DNA of 64,000 bases from Macrostomum lignano (Eukaryota): the NCBI GenBank assembly GCA_002269645.1, contig NIVC01000758.1:248001-312000 (forward strand), in the 5' to 3' direction. Made by a program: the position numbers and the translations under genes. The notes beneath the pieces are model-generated. The model had not been told where the DNA came from. It saw only the letters and a list, made by a program, of their open reading frames with translations, and searched no databases. This document shows, piece after piece, positions 23,451 through 34,739 of this stretch (position 1 is the first letter of the stretch; the number at the start of each line of letters is the position of its first letter).

Positions 23451-24174
23451 GGGAAATGTCTCGCAATAATATAATGCACTATTAGTTTGTCATCAGTGCC
23501 ACAACACCCACCGAGACACGGGGCACCCACCAAGACACAGGGGTACCCAACAAGGCACCCAATATTGGCGTCCCTAAACGTCGAGGACCCCACAATACAA
23601 GTTAATGTGTCACATTTTACATGATTACTTGTATATTTCATTAGCCTAGTTGATAGAGTAGTGGCAAAGTAATTTTGAGAACGTTTCACCCTAGCAAATC
23701 AAGCTAGCCTTTAACAAGTTTCTTTACTCGAGAAATTAATGAAAAATTGAGCCAAGGAGCTTGCAAGCAGTTTCTTTCGACAACCTGATAACAAAAGCCG
23801 CTATAAGAGTAGAACTCATCGGAGGAATGAAGTCGACTGCTTTGTTCTCAAATCGATTCCATTCGAAGATTTAAACCGGAGCTGCCGCGGGCGGGCGAGA
23901 CGAGGACCGACGAGGTCCTGCTGCGGTTCTCACACCCATGCAACACATTCTGTTGCTACTGTTGCAAATGCACGTGTTTACTAATTGAAAGCATGCTCAA
24001 TGCTCAGTCAGCTCCCAAAAGAACAAATCAAGCCAGTCGCTAATTGGGATGCAAGCACAAAGCATGTTTGTGTCAAAAACAGCTTATCAGCTTTATATTT
24101 CTGTCAGTGATTCTAACAAACAATTTCCATTCAAACTGCTTCAAAGTCTTGCGAGAGTCTCTGCTGCACGCCGA

Positions 24175-24914
24175 TCACTGCGGCCAGTTGAATCCGTACG
24201 CCTCGAACTCGCAGAAGTTCAGCGGCTCAGTCAGCCAGCTGACGATGCGCAGCCGACTGCCAAACAGGCCGCAGGTGACGTCGGTCACGGAGAAATCGTA
24301 CTTCACCTGGCCGCACTCAACACCGTCCAGAAGCAGAGAAAAGTTGCTCATCCGGTAGCCGCAGCAGTCCTGCCTGTTGTACACAGTGACGGAGGTGAAA
24401 ACCGCAGGCATCGAGAGCTGCCCCTCTCACCACTGTGGAGGCGCAGCGTACCCGTCGGTGTGAATGCAGGAGTAGCTTAAATGATTCTGGTCTTTGTTGC
24501 CGTCCAAAACGCTTGCGCAGTTTACATATCACGGTCAAAATCGAATTCAGAACTCTGGCTGCAGCCGGAGAACTTCAGATTTCCGATTGCTCCTGAGGGA
24601 GGGTCAGTGTGCGATCTGTTGTACACATCAGCAGGTGTCGAGCTCACCCAGGAGCTCTGCTGGTAGTACATGCTGATGTTGAACAAGCCGCACAGGCCAA
24701 TCAGCCAGTTAAAACCGTAGTACCAGGGCCTGTCAGCGCACTTCATGGAGCAGTGGCGCTCGCTCACTCCTTCAATCGCCTCAGCTGCTGGTGGAACCGA
24801 GATGCGACTCCCCGAGCCGAGCAGCTCGAAGTTGGCGGCCTTCAGCGGCGTCACCGACGAAGGCATCGACGAAAGCAGAGCAATGAGAACTGGAGCCAGC
24901 AGTTGATGGCGCAT
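24175..24914 (-). pseudogene. Secreted PAN/apple + F-type lectin-like (galactose-binding fold) gene, intronless, one frameshift and one nonsense codon
   Basis: Signal peptide MRHQLLAPVLIALLSS and PAN-like HCSMKC...YGFNW...C. After CSQSS a 1-nt shift near 24525 leads to ASVLDGN...SCIHT...PQW*EGQL...VTVYNRQDCCGYRM...LNFCEFEAY (F-type lectin motifs). The TGA falls at the second Trp of the PWW motif. Confidence 0.75.
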
Positions 24915-25525
24915 GCTGGGCTCCTGTTTGGGTGCCGAGTCTTGGAGCTCAGGCTGAGGGATTTTGAAGCGCAGTCAAACACATTTCTGCTCTGAAATGG
25001 ATAACTATATACCGTTTTTGTCAGTCAGATGGCAGCAATTTAAGCAATTTAGGTTATTTAATAGCGAAAGTAGAGCTGCTTAATTGATTCAGGGAAATCA
25101 ATTAGAGAAAAAATAGATACGACTAAACTCCTCCATCAAGCAATTACCTAGATTTGCTGCGAAAATCTAGGCAGAAGCATTTGAAGCAAGCCTTTTACTG
25201 ATTCCTTAAGAGGTAACTGCAGTCTTATTGCTGTCACCGTTTGCGACAGCACTCTCATTTCGATTATGTTTACCAGCGCGTAGTCATAGCAACAGATTAT
25301 TTAGCTTAAGAATGGGCGAATCTCCCTTGACTATTCGCATACATTCGCATATATCTTCAAATGGAACTTCTGAGCGATCTCACTCGGTCTTGGGTTGAAA
25401 AGCGCTCAGCAGCGATCGCTTATTTCGGATTTGTCCGCGACTTTGGCTGGAGAGCAGAGGCTCCTGGCCAGCTGGAAAGATTGCTGCGAGCCACTCTACC
25501 CAAAATACTACAATATACGAGCGTA

Positions 25526-25782
25526 TGCTCAGCAACATTGAAAAGTCGCCACTCTATGCGCCATTGAGCAATTTCTCTTGGACTATTCTGAAATAAAAGA
25601 TACGAGATAAGAGAAAACTGATCGGGTACTTTAATCCGTCCAACCCTCGCACACCGCTCCCTCCACTTCATTTCTGAACTCGAGTCTGCCGTGGCGTAGC
25701 TGAGTTGCGTCACTCGCAAAGATTGAGAAACTTTACCTAAGGAATCTTTTGCGTAATGGCGACTTTTCGATGTTGCTGAGTA
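25526..25782. mobile_element. 257-bp Tc1-derived MITE
   Basis: 26-bp TIRs T(G/A)CTCAGCAACAT(T/C)GAAAAGTCGCCA with TA flanks. Shares CTCAGCAACATTGAAAAGT with the Tc1 end at 29141-29159. Confidence 0.85.
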
Positions 25783-26487
25783 TATATTTCCATTGAGCCT
25801 ACTTTCAAATGCTACACACGTGCATTTGCAACCGTGGCAACAGAATGTGTTGCATGGGCATAAAAACCGCAGCAGGACCTCGTCGGTCCTTGCCTCGCCC
25901 GTCCCGCGGAAGGCCGGGACCTGCAGCTGCGACATCTCTTGTACTTTTGGCCGTGGTTGTCAGCACGACTCAGAGCGGCTGAAATCGCCTGCCAGCTGGA
26001 GTATCCCGACGGTGCAACAGGACTCAGGATTCAGGAAACGTCTTTTATTTTTGAAAGCTAGTCTGGTTTGCGGAAGTCAAATACTATAAAATTACACTGC
26101 TACTATTTTATCCGCTGCGATACCGATCAGTACACAGGTACATACTCATGTAAAATGTGAGCTGACAAGTGTCAACTGAGTTTGTCCATGAGTAAGAATT
26201 TGTGGGTTCCGCGATCATTAGGAAGGCCAATACTGGGTGTCTTCGTGGGTGTCCCCGAGTCTCGGTGGGCGCTCCTGTGCTGTCTTCACCTGGGTTTTTT
26301 TCGTCAGGGCGCGGCCTGACAATTTTTCAATTTTAACAGCAGGGCTTGGCACTAATAAAACTACGAGGGGTGTCCCAAAAGTAGTGTTACTTTTCACTAT
26401 ATCTCTCGTTCTGCTGATCCAAATAATATCATTTTGCACAGATTTATTGCGGCAACTCTCTTCTTCATATTAACTTTAACATCATTA

Positions 26488-27019
26488 AAAACAGACAATG
26501 GAAACAAAAGTTATAAACTAAAATGTAGCAGGACCTCGACCATAGACTTACAGTAAGTCAACAAGTTAACAAAAATCCGAAGTGGTAGCTCACAAACGGG
26601 TAACTGGCTGTAGTGAATGCTCCAAAATGACTACGGTGAATGACTGCGATAGACCCATGAGCCGATGAAAGTTGAGCATGAATCTCGGCTCAACTGTGCC
26701 CCGCCCCCAAAGGGTGTATAACACACTCCTCTGAGCAACACTTGAATGCACATCCCTGACTTTTAGCGCAGCAGAAGGAGGGAACAAAAAGCAATAAAGC
26801 TGAAGCCCAGTTTGAAATATTCTGTTGCTTTAAAAGCTATATGCTTCTCCAAGTTTTTCCATAGATATCTCTTTGTCACAGCAGCCTAACAAAGAAGTCT
26901 GAGTTCATTCAATCAAAAGTACTTTCGCTACTTTCCGCTAGCTTGTCGAATTAATGTGAGTCTATGGTAGAGGTCCTGCTACATTTTAGTTCATAACTTT
27001 TGTTTCCATTGTCTGTTTT
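26488..27019. mobile_element. 532-bp non-coding segment bounded by 61-bp inverted repeats ending internally in CCATAGACT
   Basis: Arms 26488-26548 and 26959-27019 have 2 mismatches. No ORF inside. Confidence 0.75.
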
Positions 27020-27281
27020 GTCCATTGCCCGAAATATTTGTTCATGGCAATGACCTCCGGACAATGACCGGCCATTTTCTGGAGGTAAAAAAACAAGACT
27101 GGACAACAATACCATAGGCGAAAAAAGTAACACGAAGCGTGAAATTCTTATATTTATTGAAGTCCAACAAAAAATGTTCCAACAATAACACTGCTTAGTC
27201 AATTGAGTGCAAGTCTAACCTATGGTCATGTTCTCATCACGACAGCAGGAGAAAGTCCAGAAAATACGACGGTTGAGTCCA

Positions 27282-28738
27282 TTACTCAAATTTGCAACCA
27301 TTGAATGAACAGTTGTGGAAACTGTACCTGACCGACGGATTGTCATGACTGATGCCGGTGATCTGCACGGAAGACGACACAGGTACTGGCACCGGTGAAC
27401 TCTCACGCAATGGAGTCGCAACAGCTTGTGAAGAACCATTCAAATCAAGTGCCATAGAAACAGCCTCACTGGTAGACTGCAGCGAGCGATCACGGCGCTT
27501 GGACAGGTAACGGCGAGTTGTCCTCTCAGAAACCTGACCGGTTATCGACATGATGTCAGCCAGGTTGTACCCAGCAGCCTCTAGATCAGCAATCCTGCTC
27601 ACTCTACAACAGAAATAAAGTATTGCATAGAAAATATGCAACTGGTTTAAAGCAATATGAAGAAAAAGGCTTACCGAATGCAATGATTCGTGTACATCTT
27701 GGACAAACCGGCCTTCTCGCTCAAGTTTCGCATGAAACGCAGGAAGTAGTTCTCCCCGCGATTCTGCTTTGTTGAGAACATAGGCTGTCCATTGGAATCC
27801 GTGTTGGATAGTGGACGCGGGAACAGATGGTTGTCCTTGGTTGTTGGAGGTAGCAGTTGTAGATATCTCCTCACTTTGGCCGTGTCGTAGATCCGAGCTT
27901 GTTTGTTGTCCGGCCTGGCCTTCGCCTTCACAGGATCGGCTGACTTATTCTTCGTTGGCAGAGCAGGAAGACAGTAGTACTCCTTGCCGTCAGAATCCGT
28001 GTGCAATTCAAGCGAGTCCCTTTGTCTCAGGAACTTCAGATGCTCCTGGCCACGCTCTCCAAAGGAGTAAAGAACATAGAACAGAAATTTAGCCTGCTCG
28101 ATTTCAGCCGTAGTCCCTTCAAAGTAGCACCGCAACTTCTGCATGTCGCCTTCTTCAATTGGTTCATACTGCCTGGTGCAGCCACCATCTCGATGGAAAT
28201 CACGAACCTTGACACGCAGCATCTCGTTGCAGGAATTGAATTCCTCACCACCGATTATATCGACAGGCAGCTTCAGAACCATGCGTAGGAAACGCTGAAT
28301 TCCAGCCCGGATACAGATGAGAGAGGCCGGCGAGTAGAACGAGCCATCCTGTTTCTTCAGCTTGAAGTAGAAGTACCGAAGATATTGGTTCAATGTAGGA
28401 TTGTTGACATGCTGAATGTTGCGCAGATTCTCCCCTTCCAGGAAGTCTCGAAAACGTTGGCCATGCTGGTACATCTGCTTCCGAGTATCCTCAGGCAGAC
28501 TCTCGATCTCGATTCTGTCCATCTCGGAAACGTCTATCTTTTCATCTCCATCGATCATTGGCAGCCCAGTATCAGCTGGACCATTTTGGACATACTTCAG
28601 GAACGCATCGAAATCTTCGTCGTGCCGATCAACGGCAGAGGATTCCGAGAGGAAGTTCAGTTCATCCTGCGTGATGTTGCCGAGGTCCTCACACGGGAGG
28701 TTACCCCAATTAATATAATGTATTATCGGGTCGCTCAT
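27282..28738 (-). CDS. Crypton-type (DUF3504-like) tyrosine recombinase copy YR3, open frame, 461 aa, two exons (28738-27675, 27603-27282)
   Basis: Joined length is 1386 nt. Phase-2 intron 27674-27604 (CG|GTAA...TTGTAG|A) sits at the same position as in YR2. Motifs FGERGQE, TKN, LFPRPL, YTNHCIR-VSRI, ITGQVSERTTRRY. AATAAA about 125 nt after the stop. Confidence 0.9.
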
Positions 28739-29138
28739 GATGGACAGAAAACTCTTGAATCAACAGGTTTGGACAGACTACTTACTGCCTGGGAATCCCT
28801 CACACAAACCCCTTCACCCCCACTGAAAGTTTTGCCATAGACATTTCAACCCTCTATTCAATCAATAGGATTGTCATTGCCATGAACTCTCCACGCCTTT
28901 TGGCTTTCGTGCCATAGACGTTTGTGCCTCCTCCTTCTGGGCCACTTCGATTCGTGCCATAGATATTTCCTGCAATGAAGTTAACTGGAAGAGAGAACGG
29001 CTAGCGCCGCTCGTGGCTTTGGCCGTTGCCTGGAGTTCTCTCTTCCAGTTAACCCCCCATTGTCTGAAGCGAAAATCGAGCGAGATAAAAATAGCTGGCT
29101 CAGATTAGCACTCCATTCTTTTCTTTCCTCCATGGTTA

Positions 29139-30400
29139 CACTCAGCAACATTGAAAAGTTTCCACCCTAGCGCGCGAAGGGTCAACGTTTTGGTGGGAGA
29201 TATTCGTGGTTTGAGCCATAGACAAATATATAATCCGGATTCGAACGAAGCAAAGGAACAGCATAGAAACAAAGTACGCGAGCATGGGTGACAACTTGCC
29301 CAGAACAGGGTCAGTAACGCGTATATCAGCCACGTGCGTGCAGCAGAGCGCTCACTCTCCGGGGCATCCCCAGAACCAGGCGTCGCAGAAAATCTTGCGG
29401 TAGTTGTTGCCATGCAGTAGACAGTGATTCGCGCAGTTGGGCAACGTTTTGCGGCGGATTGTCGCGCCGAATCGAGCGCTTCAGGTAATCCCAAACGTGC
29501 TCTATGGGATTCATGTGCGGTGATCGGGACGGCCAGCGCAAGGATCGCAGGTGCAGCAGCTCCTTCAGATGCGCCACAGCAGCTGCGCGATGTGGTGGGG
29601 CGTTGTCGTCTTGGAGGACGCTGTTCCCCACGCCACCACATGAAGCATCAATGAAGGGCAGCAGGCGCGTCTGTAGAGGTTGGCGTACGACTCGGCAGTC
29701 ACAGTCGCATCCAGGAACACGAGCTCCGTCTTCGCGTGCATTGTGATGCCTGCCCACGCGTGAATAGAAGCTGACTGGCTCTCAGAGTTTTGCACGTGCT
29801 GCGGCAGCATCTCCTGGCGCGGCTGGCGCCACACGCAAAAGCGGCCGTCGGCCCGGAACAATCGAAAGCGGCTCTCATCTGTGAAAATCACTCGCCGCCA
29901 CTGCTGCTGCCTCCAGTGGACCCTTTGCATGCCCATTGTTCCCGGCTGGCCACAAGGGTTGGGGTCAGACGTGGCCGTTTGCGCATCTTACGGGATCGCA
30001 GCCCCGACTCCCGCAATCGTCATCGGATTGTTTGGGCGCTCAGGATATCCCCTCGCCTGCTTCTTTCAGCCCACATCAGCCGTAGAAGAGTGGCTGGCAA
30101 TGCGGGGCTTCCCTTCACCATTCGCAGCAATCGCCGGTCCGCCCTCCTAGTTGTACTGCGCATATTGAGCCGCCAGCCGCGCGTGGCGTGCGCAACGCTG
30201 CCCGTTTCTCCGCAATTGATTTGCAGTTTGCGGATTGCTGTGTGCGACCGCCCAATTTGGCGAGCAACAGCTCGGATGGACATCCCAGCCTCCAGCATGC
30301 CAATGGCGCGCGCTCGTTCCAGATCGGTCATTTGGCGAACCATTGCGTTCGGTTGCGAACGTGGATTTTAGACTCCTGTAAGCTGCTGCTGTCTGCTCCA
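29139..30400 (-). mobile_element. Tc1-like (DD34E) transposon, transposase disrupted, only one TIR recognised
   Basis: HTH N-terminus (30343-30020), IFTDESRF, QDDNAPPH and WPSRSPHMNPIEHVW lie in three frames. TA-CACTCAGCAACATTGAAAAG terminus at 29137-29158. No matching 5' TIR found. Confidence 0.9.
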
Positions 30401-30849
30401 TGTGACTGTTTCCTTCGACCTGTCTGGCGTCGATGACCCAAGTTTTTGTCTATGGCGCAAGTGCGTGTTGACCATGGATAAAGGAATAGAAAGGATCGCA
30501 CATCTAAAAGCGCGTCTATGGCCAAGACTCCCTAAAAATTGGGATATTCCCCCCCATGAATTTTATTGGCTGCTGGAATTTAATACTCGTAATAGTCCCC
30601 CCCCCCTAAGTTCTTACTGGCTGAAGCTTGTACACAGGGGAAATTCCAAAGTCCCGGATTAACGCGCATAGGAAAAGAATGCACTATTTTAAAGACATAC
30701 AAGTAATATTGCCTGAAATTACATTTGCGCACTTTTGCGTGGTAAACAAATTTTGCCTCTTGATAGCTCGTAGAACAGCAGTTAGTTTGTATTTTTGACG
30801 CCAATGCTTTTATGTCGAAAAAGCTTCTGGTATGCTCAACATCCTTCCC

Positions 30850-32040
30850 CTAGTCTTCGTAGCCAACGAATTCACCCTTTGCTCTACTCCAACATAACTC
30901 CTTTCGCAGCTTCATCGCATCAATAACGATTACCCAATTTTTGTTCCATATCGATTGATTACCTAGCGATCCTTTATCTTTGAAACTGCCGTAGAGGACA
31001 CACCAGGATCTCCGTCAACAGCGAGCTTCCATCTTCTGATGGTAGACACAGCCGGTAACTTTACAACTCGTCTGATTACAGAATACGCCTTTGGAGAACA
31101 GAAGTGCACCTGTGCGGCAAAGATGCCAATGTCCGCCAAAAATCTGCCACTCTTCCCTCTGCTCGAGTTTAGCATCATTCTTCGTCCTTCTTTCGTTAAA
31201 AACGACTTCAGTTTTTTGCTCAAATTTGCTGATTCATTTTCTAGCCGCTTAACTCTTTTCACGGTTGCATTTAGAATTTTGGTTAGCCGCTTTGAGCGCA
31301 TCTTATAGTGCTGCAAATTCCTTCTAAATGCGTCAGGTGCCCTTCTTTTCTGACTTTGTCTCCATTCTTTTTTTATTTTAAACCGCAAATTTTTCTTTGT
31401 TGAATGAATCATTTGGATGTTGCATCAAAGCTGGTGAGTGCTGTGCAACTTGGGGTGGGATTGAAGCTTGCGATGGTTGCGGTGACACTTGGGGTGGGAT
31501 TGAAGCTGGCGATGGTTGCGGTGACACTTGGGGTGGGATTGAAGCTTGCGATGGTTGCGGTGACACTTGGGGTGGGATTGAAGCTTGCGTTGGTTGCGGT
31601 GACACTTGGGGTGGGATTGAAGCTGGCGTTGGTTGCGGTGACACTTGGGGTGGGATTGAAGCTTGCGATGGTTGCGGTGACACTTGGGGTGGGATTGAAG
31701 CTGGCGATGGTTGCGGTGACACTTGGGGTGGGATTGAAGCTGGCGATGGTTGCGGTGACACTTGGGGTGGGATTGAAGCTGGCGATGGTTGCGGTGACAC
31801 TTGGGGTGGGATTGAAGCTGGCGTTGGTTGCGGTGACACTTGGGGTGGGATTGAAGCTGGCGTTGGTTGCGGTGACACTTGGGGTGGGATTGAAGCTGGA
31901 AGCTGCAGCGTAGCTGGGTATTGCATTGGTATTGCGCCAGGGTTAAGTCTTTTTCTTTTTCTATTGGCGAAAGACCCTTGAGATAACAACGAGCATGAGT
32001 CTGGAGAAAAATGTTTGTCGCACAGCACATGGCGTAAACT
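30850..32040 (-). pseudogene. THAP-domain P-element (THAP9-like) transposase remnant
   Basis: THAP end VLCDKHF...LNPGAIP, then P-element motif FAAQVHFCSPKAYSVIRRVVKLPAVSTIRRW. After a frameshift near 30965 comes WVIVIDAMKLRKEL...EFVGYED*G (first catalytic Asp region), with stops. Confidence 0.8.
31447..31900. repeat. 39-bp VNTR, about 12 copies, in the THAP-transposase linker
   Basis: Unit encodes PASIPPQVSPQP(T/S), 13 aa, in the minus frame. Confidence 0.95.
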
Positions 32041-34739
32041 TTGGACTAGTCTTTATGATCGATAGCAAAATGGAGAGCTGCTGGCTTGACTTAATAGGAA
32101 TCTAATGAATTGCACGCACCCGGATCTGGATCAAATTCTAGGGTGCGATTTTGAATTCTTGGATGCTATTCGCACCAATTCGCTCAAAAAACCCGGGCCT
32201 TCACAAACCTCAAGCATCACAATCTCTGCACAAGCGTTCACAGCTCCGAAAGCTCTTCCCAAATCGGGGTCGTAAAATTTGCACTGACTTTTTTGTATCA
32301 GCTCATGTACTTCGTACAGCCTTTTAATCCCTAAAATATGCGTAGACAATGATCTACCTCGTCGCTGCCGAAATTAGCTGAGATATTTTTATCTAATTTA
32401 CGAGCTGTGCATTTATGTGCATCTGCACCAGGGATTTCCCACCAACATCGAGACAGCCCTTAACCCTAATGACCGGGATGTTTTCGATGACTTAGAAATA
32501 GACGAAAGTTTAAATTCTGCTTCAGCGGGAAATGCTTTTACTGGAATCGCACATCACCAAGTGCTTTTTGGTGATGCTGACTCAGAATATATTTTTCAAG
32601 GGAGAAGAGTCGCGAATAGCGAGCCTGAATGCAATTAATGTACCTTGCTATCATGAAAAGCCCAGAGACGAGCTGTCATGCAGATTGCAGCACTGGGCAG
32701 GCAGTGCGTTGCAGATCAACCCGGCTTTCTGCTGTTAGTAGTCGAGCACGTGACCACGCAGGGCAGGGGAGCCTACCTGTTCCTAGACCCTGCACCCACC
32801 AACTCCCGATGAGCTGCGAGTGCGGGCCAGAATTCTGCCCAACCAGCTGCAACCCCATCTTGTATTTGCTTATGAAAGTAAAACTTTTTTTATCAGCTAT
32901 TGTTTTCATCGGTATGGAAGTTCTTATTAGGTATCTTGCGTTACCTAAATATACTGTGAGCTTCAAGCAAAATTGTCCAAAAGAAGCGCACTATTTTCTT
33001 GCCGAGGCCTGCCATAATTTGTTGCAAAACAATCTATCGTTTTCGCTCGATGAAAAAGCTATTCTTGCAAAGTCAACAGAGATAAATCGCAAAATTACTC
33101 ACCAGAAAAGATATTGGAGACTGGTTTCATCAAAATACTCCCGACCCTGCTTAAGCCGGTAAAGAAGAAGAAGCAAGATGAGCAAATTTTCAGAAATTTT
33201 TCTGATTCCAAAGGTGGAGTATTGAGATGTTAATGCAGAATTTGTGTCCGAGGCACAAGAGCAGTGAGTATGGCAGAAGCAGATTCACCAGCTACAGCTC
33301 TAAGACTAAGAGTGATCAATTAATCTGGTTGGCGGAGTGGATCTGAGATTGGGTGAAGGAGGGAGGCAGTTTTTTCTTTCGGAACGAAAAAGCTTTATGA
33401 ATATCAATAGTGCTATAAGAAAGGCAATAGCTCTATATCAAAATCAAATCTTATATCAAAAGGTTAACATTGGGTTACCTCCTATCGAAAGCAATGAGAA
33501 AAGTGCTGAAATTAATGAAAACTTATCTCCGTGGTGTATTTTCAAAACATTTTCCTTAGATTTCGAGTGTTACGTCCTTCTACTTTAGTGGGTAGGCCTT
33601 GGAAACCTATACTAGTATGCTCGATCCTTTCCTCTTAAATTCCCTTTCCCTGAGCCTTAGGAACTCAGCAGCCGGAGCTTCCTTTGTACCTTTAATTTGT
33701 TTAAATTGACTCGGACTCTCGGAAACTTCGGTATCGATTTGAGCGCGGCAGTCGTTCGTTCGCTAAATTATATGAAAAAATTATTTATAGGGCCAGGGCC
33801 TACTACAATAAAATTGCTCATTAGTTTGCATATAACCCCTTTATGATGGAAAAGTTCCTAAAAAATTATAAAGTAGCCATTGCAAAGTCAAAAGTTGAAG
33901 GACTTAACTTCTTTAAGTTTGGAAAAGCTTTATATGAAGTTGGAGACACAAAAAGGGATTCTGTGTAAGTTTCACTCTTTCAGATGGATTGGCTGACCCA
34001 AAAATGTTTAAAAGAAGTCATTAGTGGCCTAGTTAGTACCATGAAAAAATTATAGCAATATATTATCTAAGCTAGGCCTAGTACCTTTAAAACAATATGC
34101 TTTGACTTAGATTAGTAGTTAAAGGTTATATTTTATTATATGACTAGGCATAGAGCTAGTTTTTAATAATAAGCCAAAAAATTAGCAATCTAATCGAATC
34201 TATTTTATTGGGGTTAATCTATGAATAGGGCCTTTGCTATAGGCCTAGTTTATGCTATAGTTTGCAAGTCAAGTTATTCCATATACTAAAATTTTTTCCT
34301 AAATTCAAATTTAATATAATATTATTTTTAACAACTTTACATAGCCAAAGGGCCTAGTTGTAATTTTTCAATTAGCTTGGACTAAAATCTTAAGCCTGAT
34401 TCTAGCTCATAGGCTCAACAATAAATATGAATTATCAAACTTATAAATTATCAACTTGCAAAATTATGTTTTAGTAGAAATGTAAATTTATACTTTGACT
34501 TTATTATTAAAAAGATTTAATTGCAAATTTTAGAAGCAATAGAAGCAATTAAATAATAATATTGAAAACTTAAGATTTAGATAACTAACTAGATTTTTTA
34601 AGATTCAAATTCAAATATTATTTAAATAAAAGAGTAAATCTTAGTTACTTTAAATTTTAGGCATAGGCCTAAGCAATAAGAATTTTGATTCTGCCTATTC
34701 TTTTTATTAGAGGCAGGAGGGTTGTATGCACCCTAGGAC

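Noticed and set aside
26362-26384. Mariner-like TIR TACGAGGGGTGTCCCAAAAGTAG
   Set aside because: Solo remnant with no partner TIR found, so not called as an element.
32131-32349. LEVCEGPGFLSE resembling the SAM-binding loop of FtsJ/CMTR cap methyltransferases
   Set aside because: A single short motif in a 72-aa ORF with no other supporting exons or motifs. It needs an HMM search.
32417-33162. Two adjacent plus-strand ORFs (73 and 177 aa) as a gene or as the BABAM2 5' exons
   Set aside because: No recognisable domain, no similarity to the BRE N-terminus, and no consistent splice sites.
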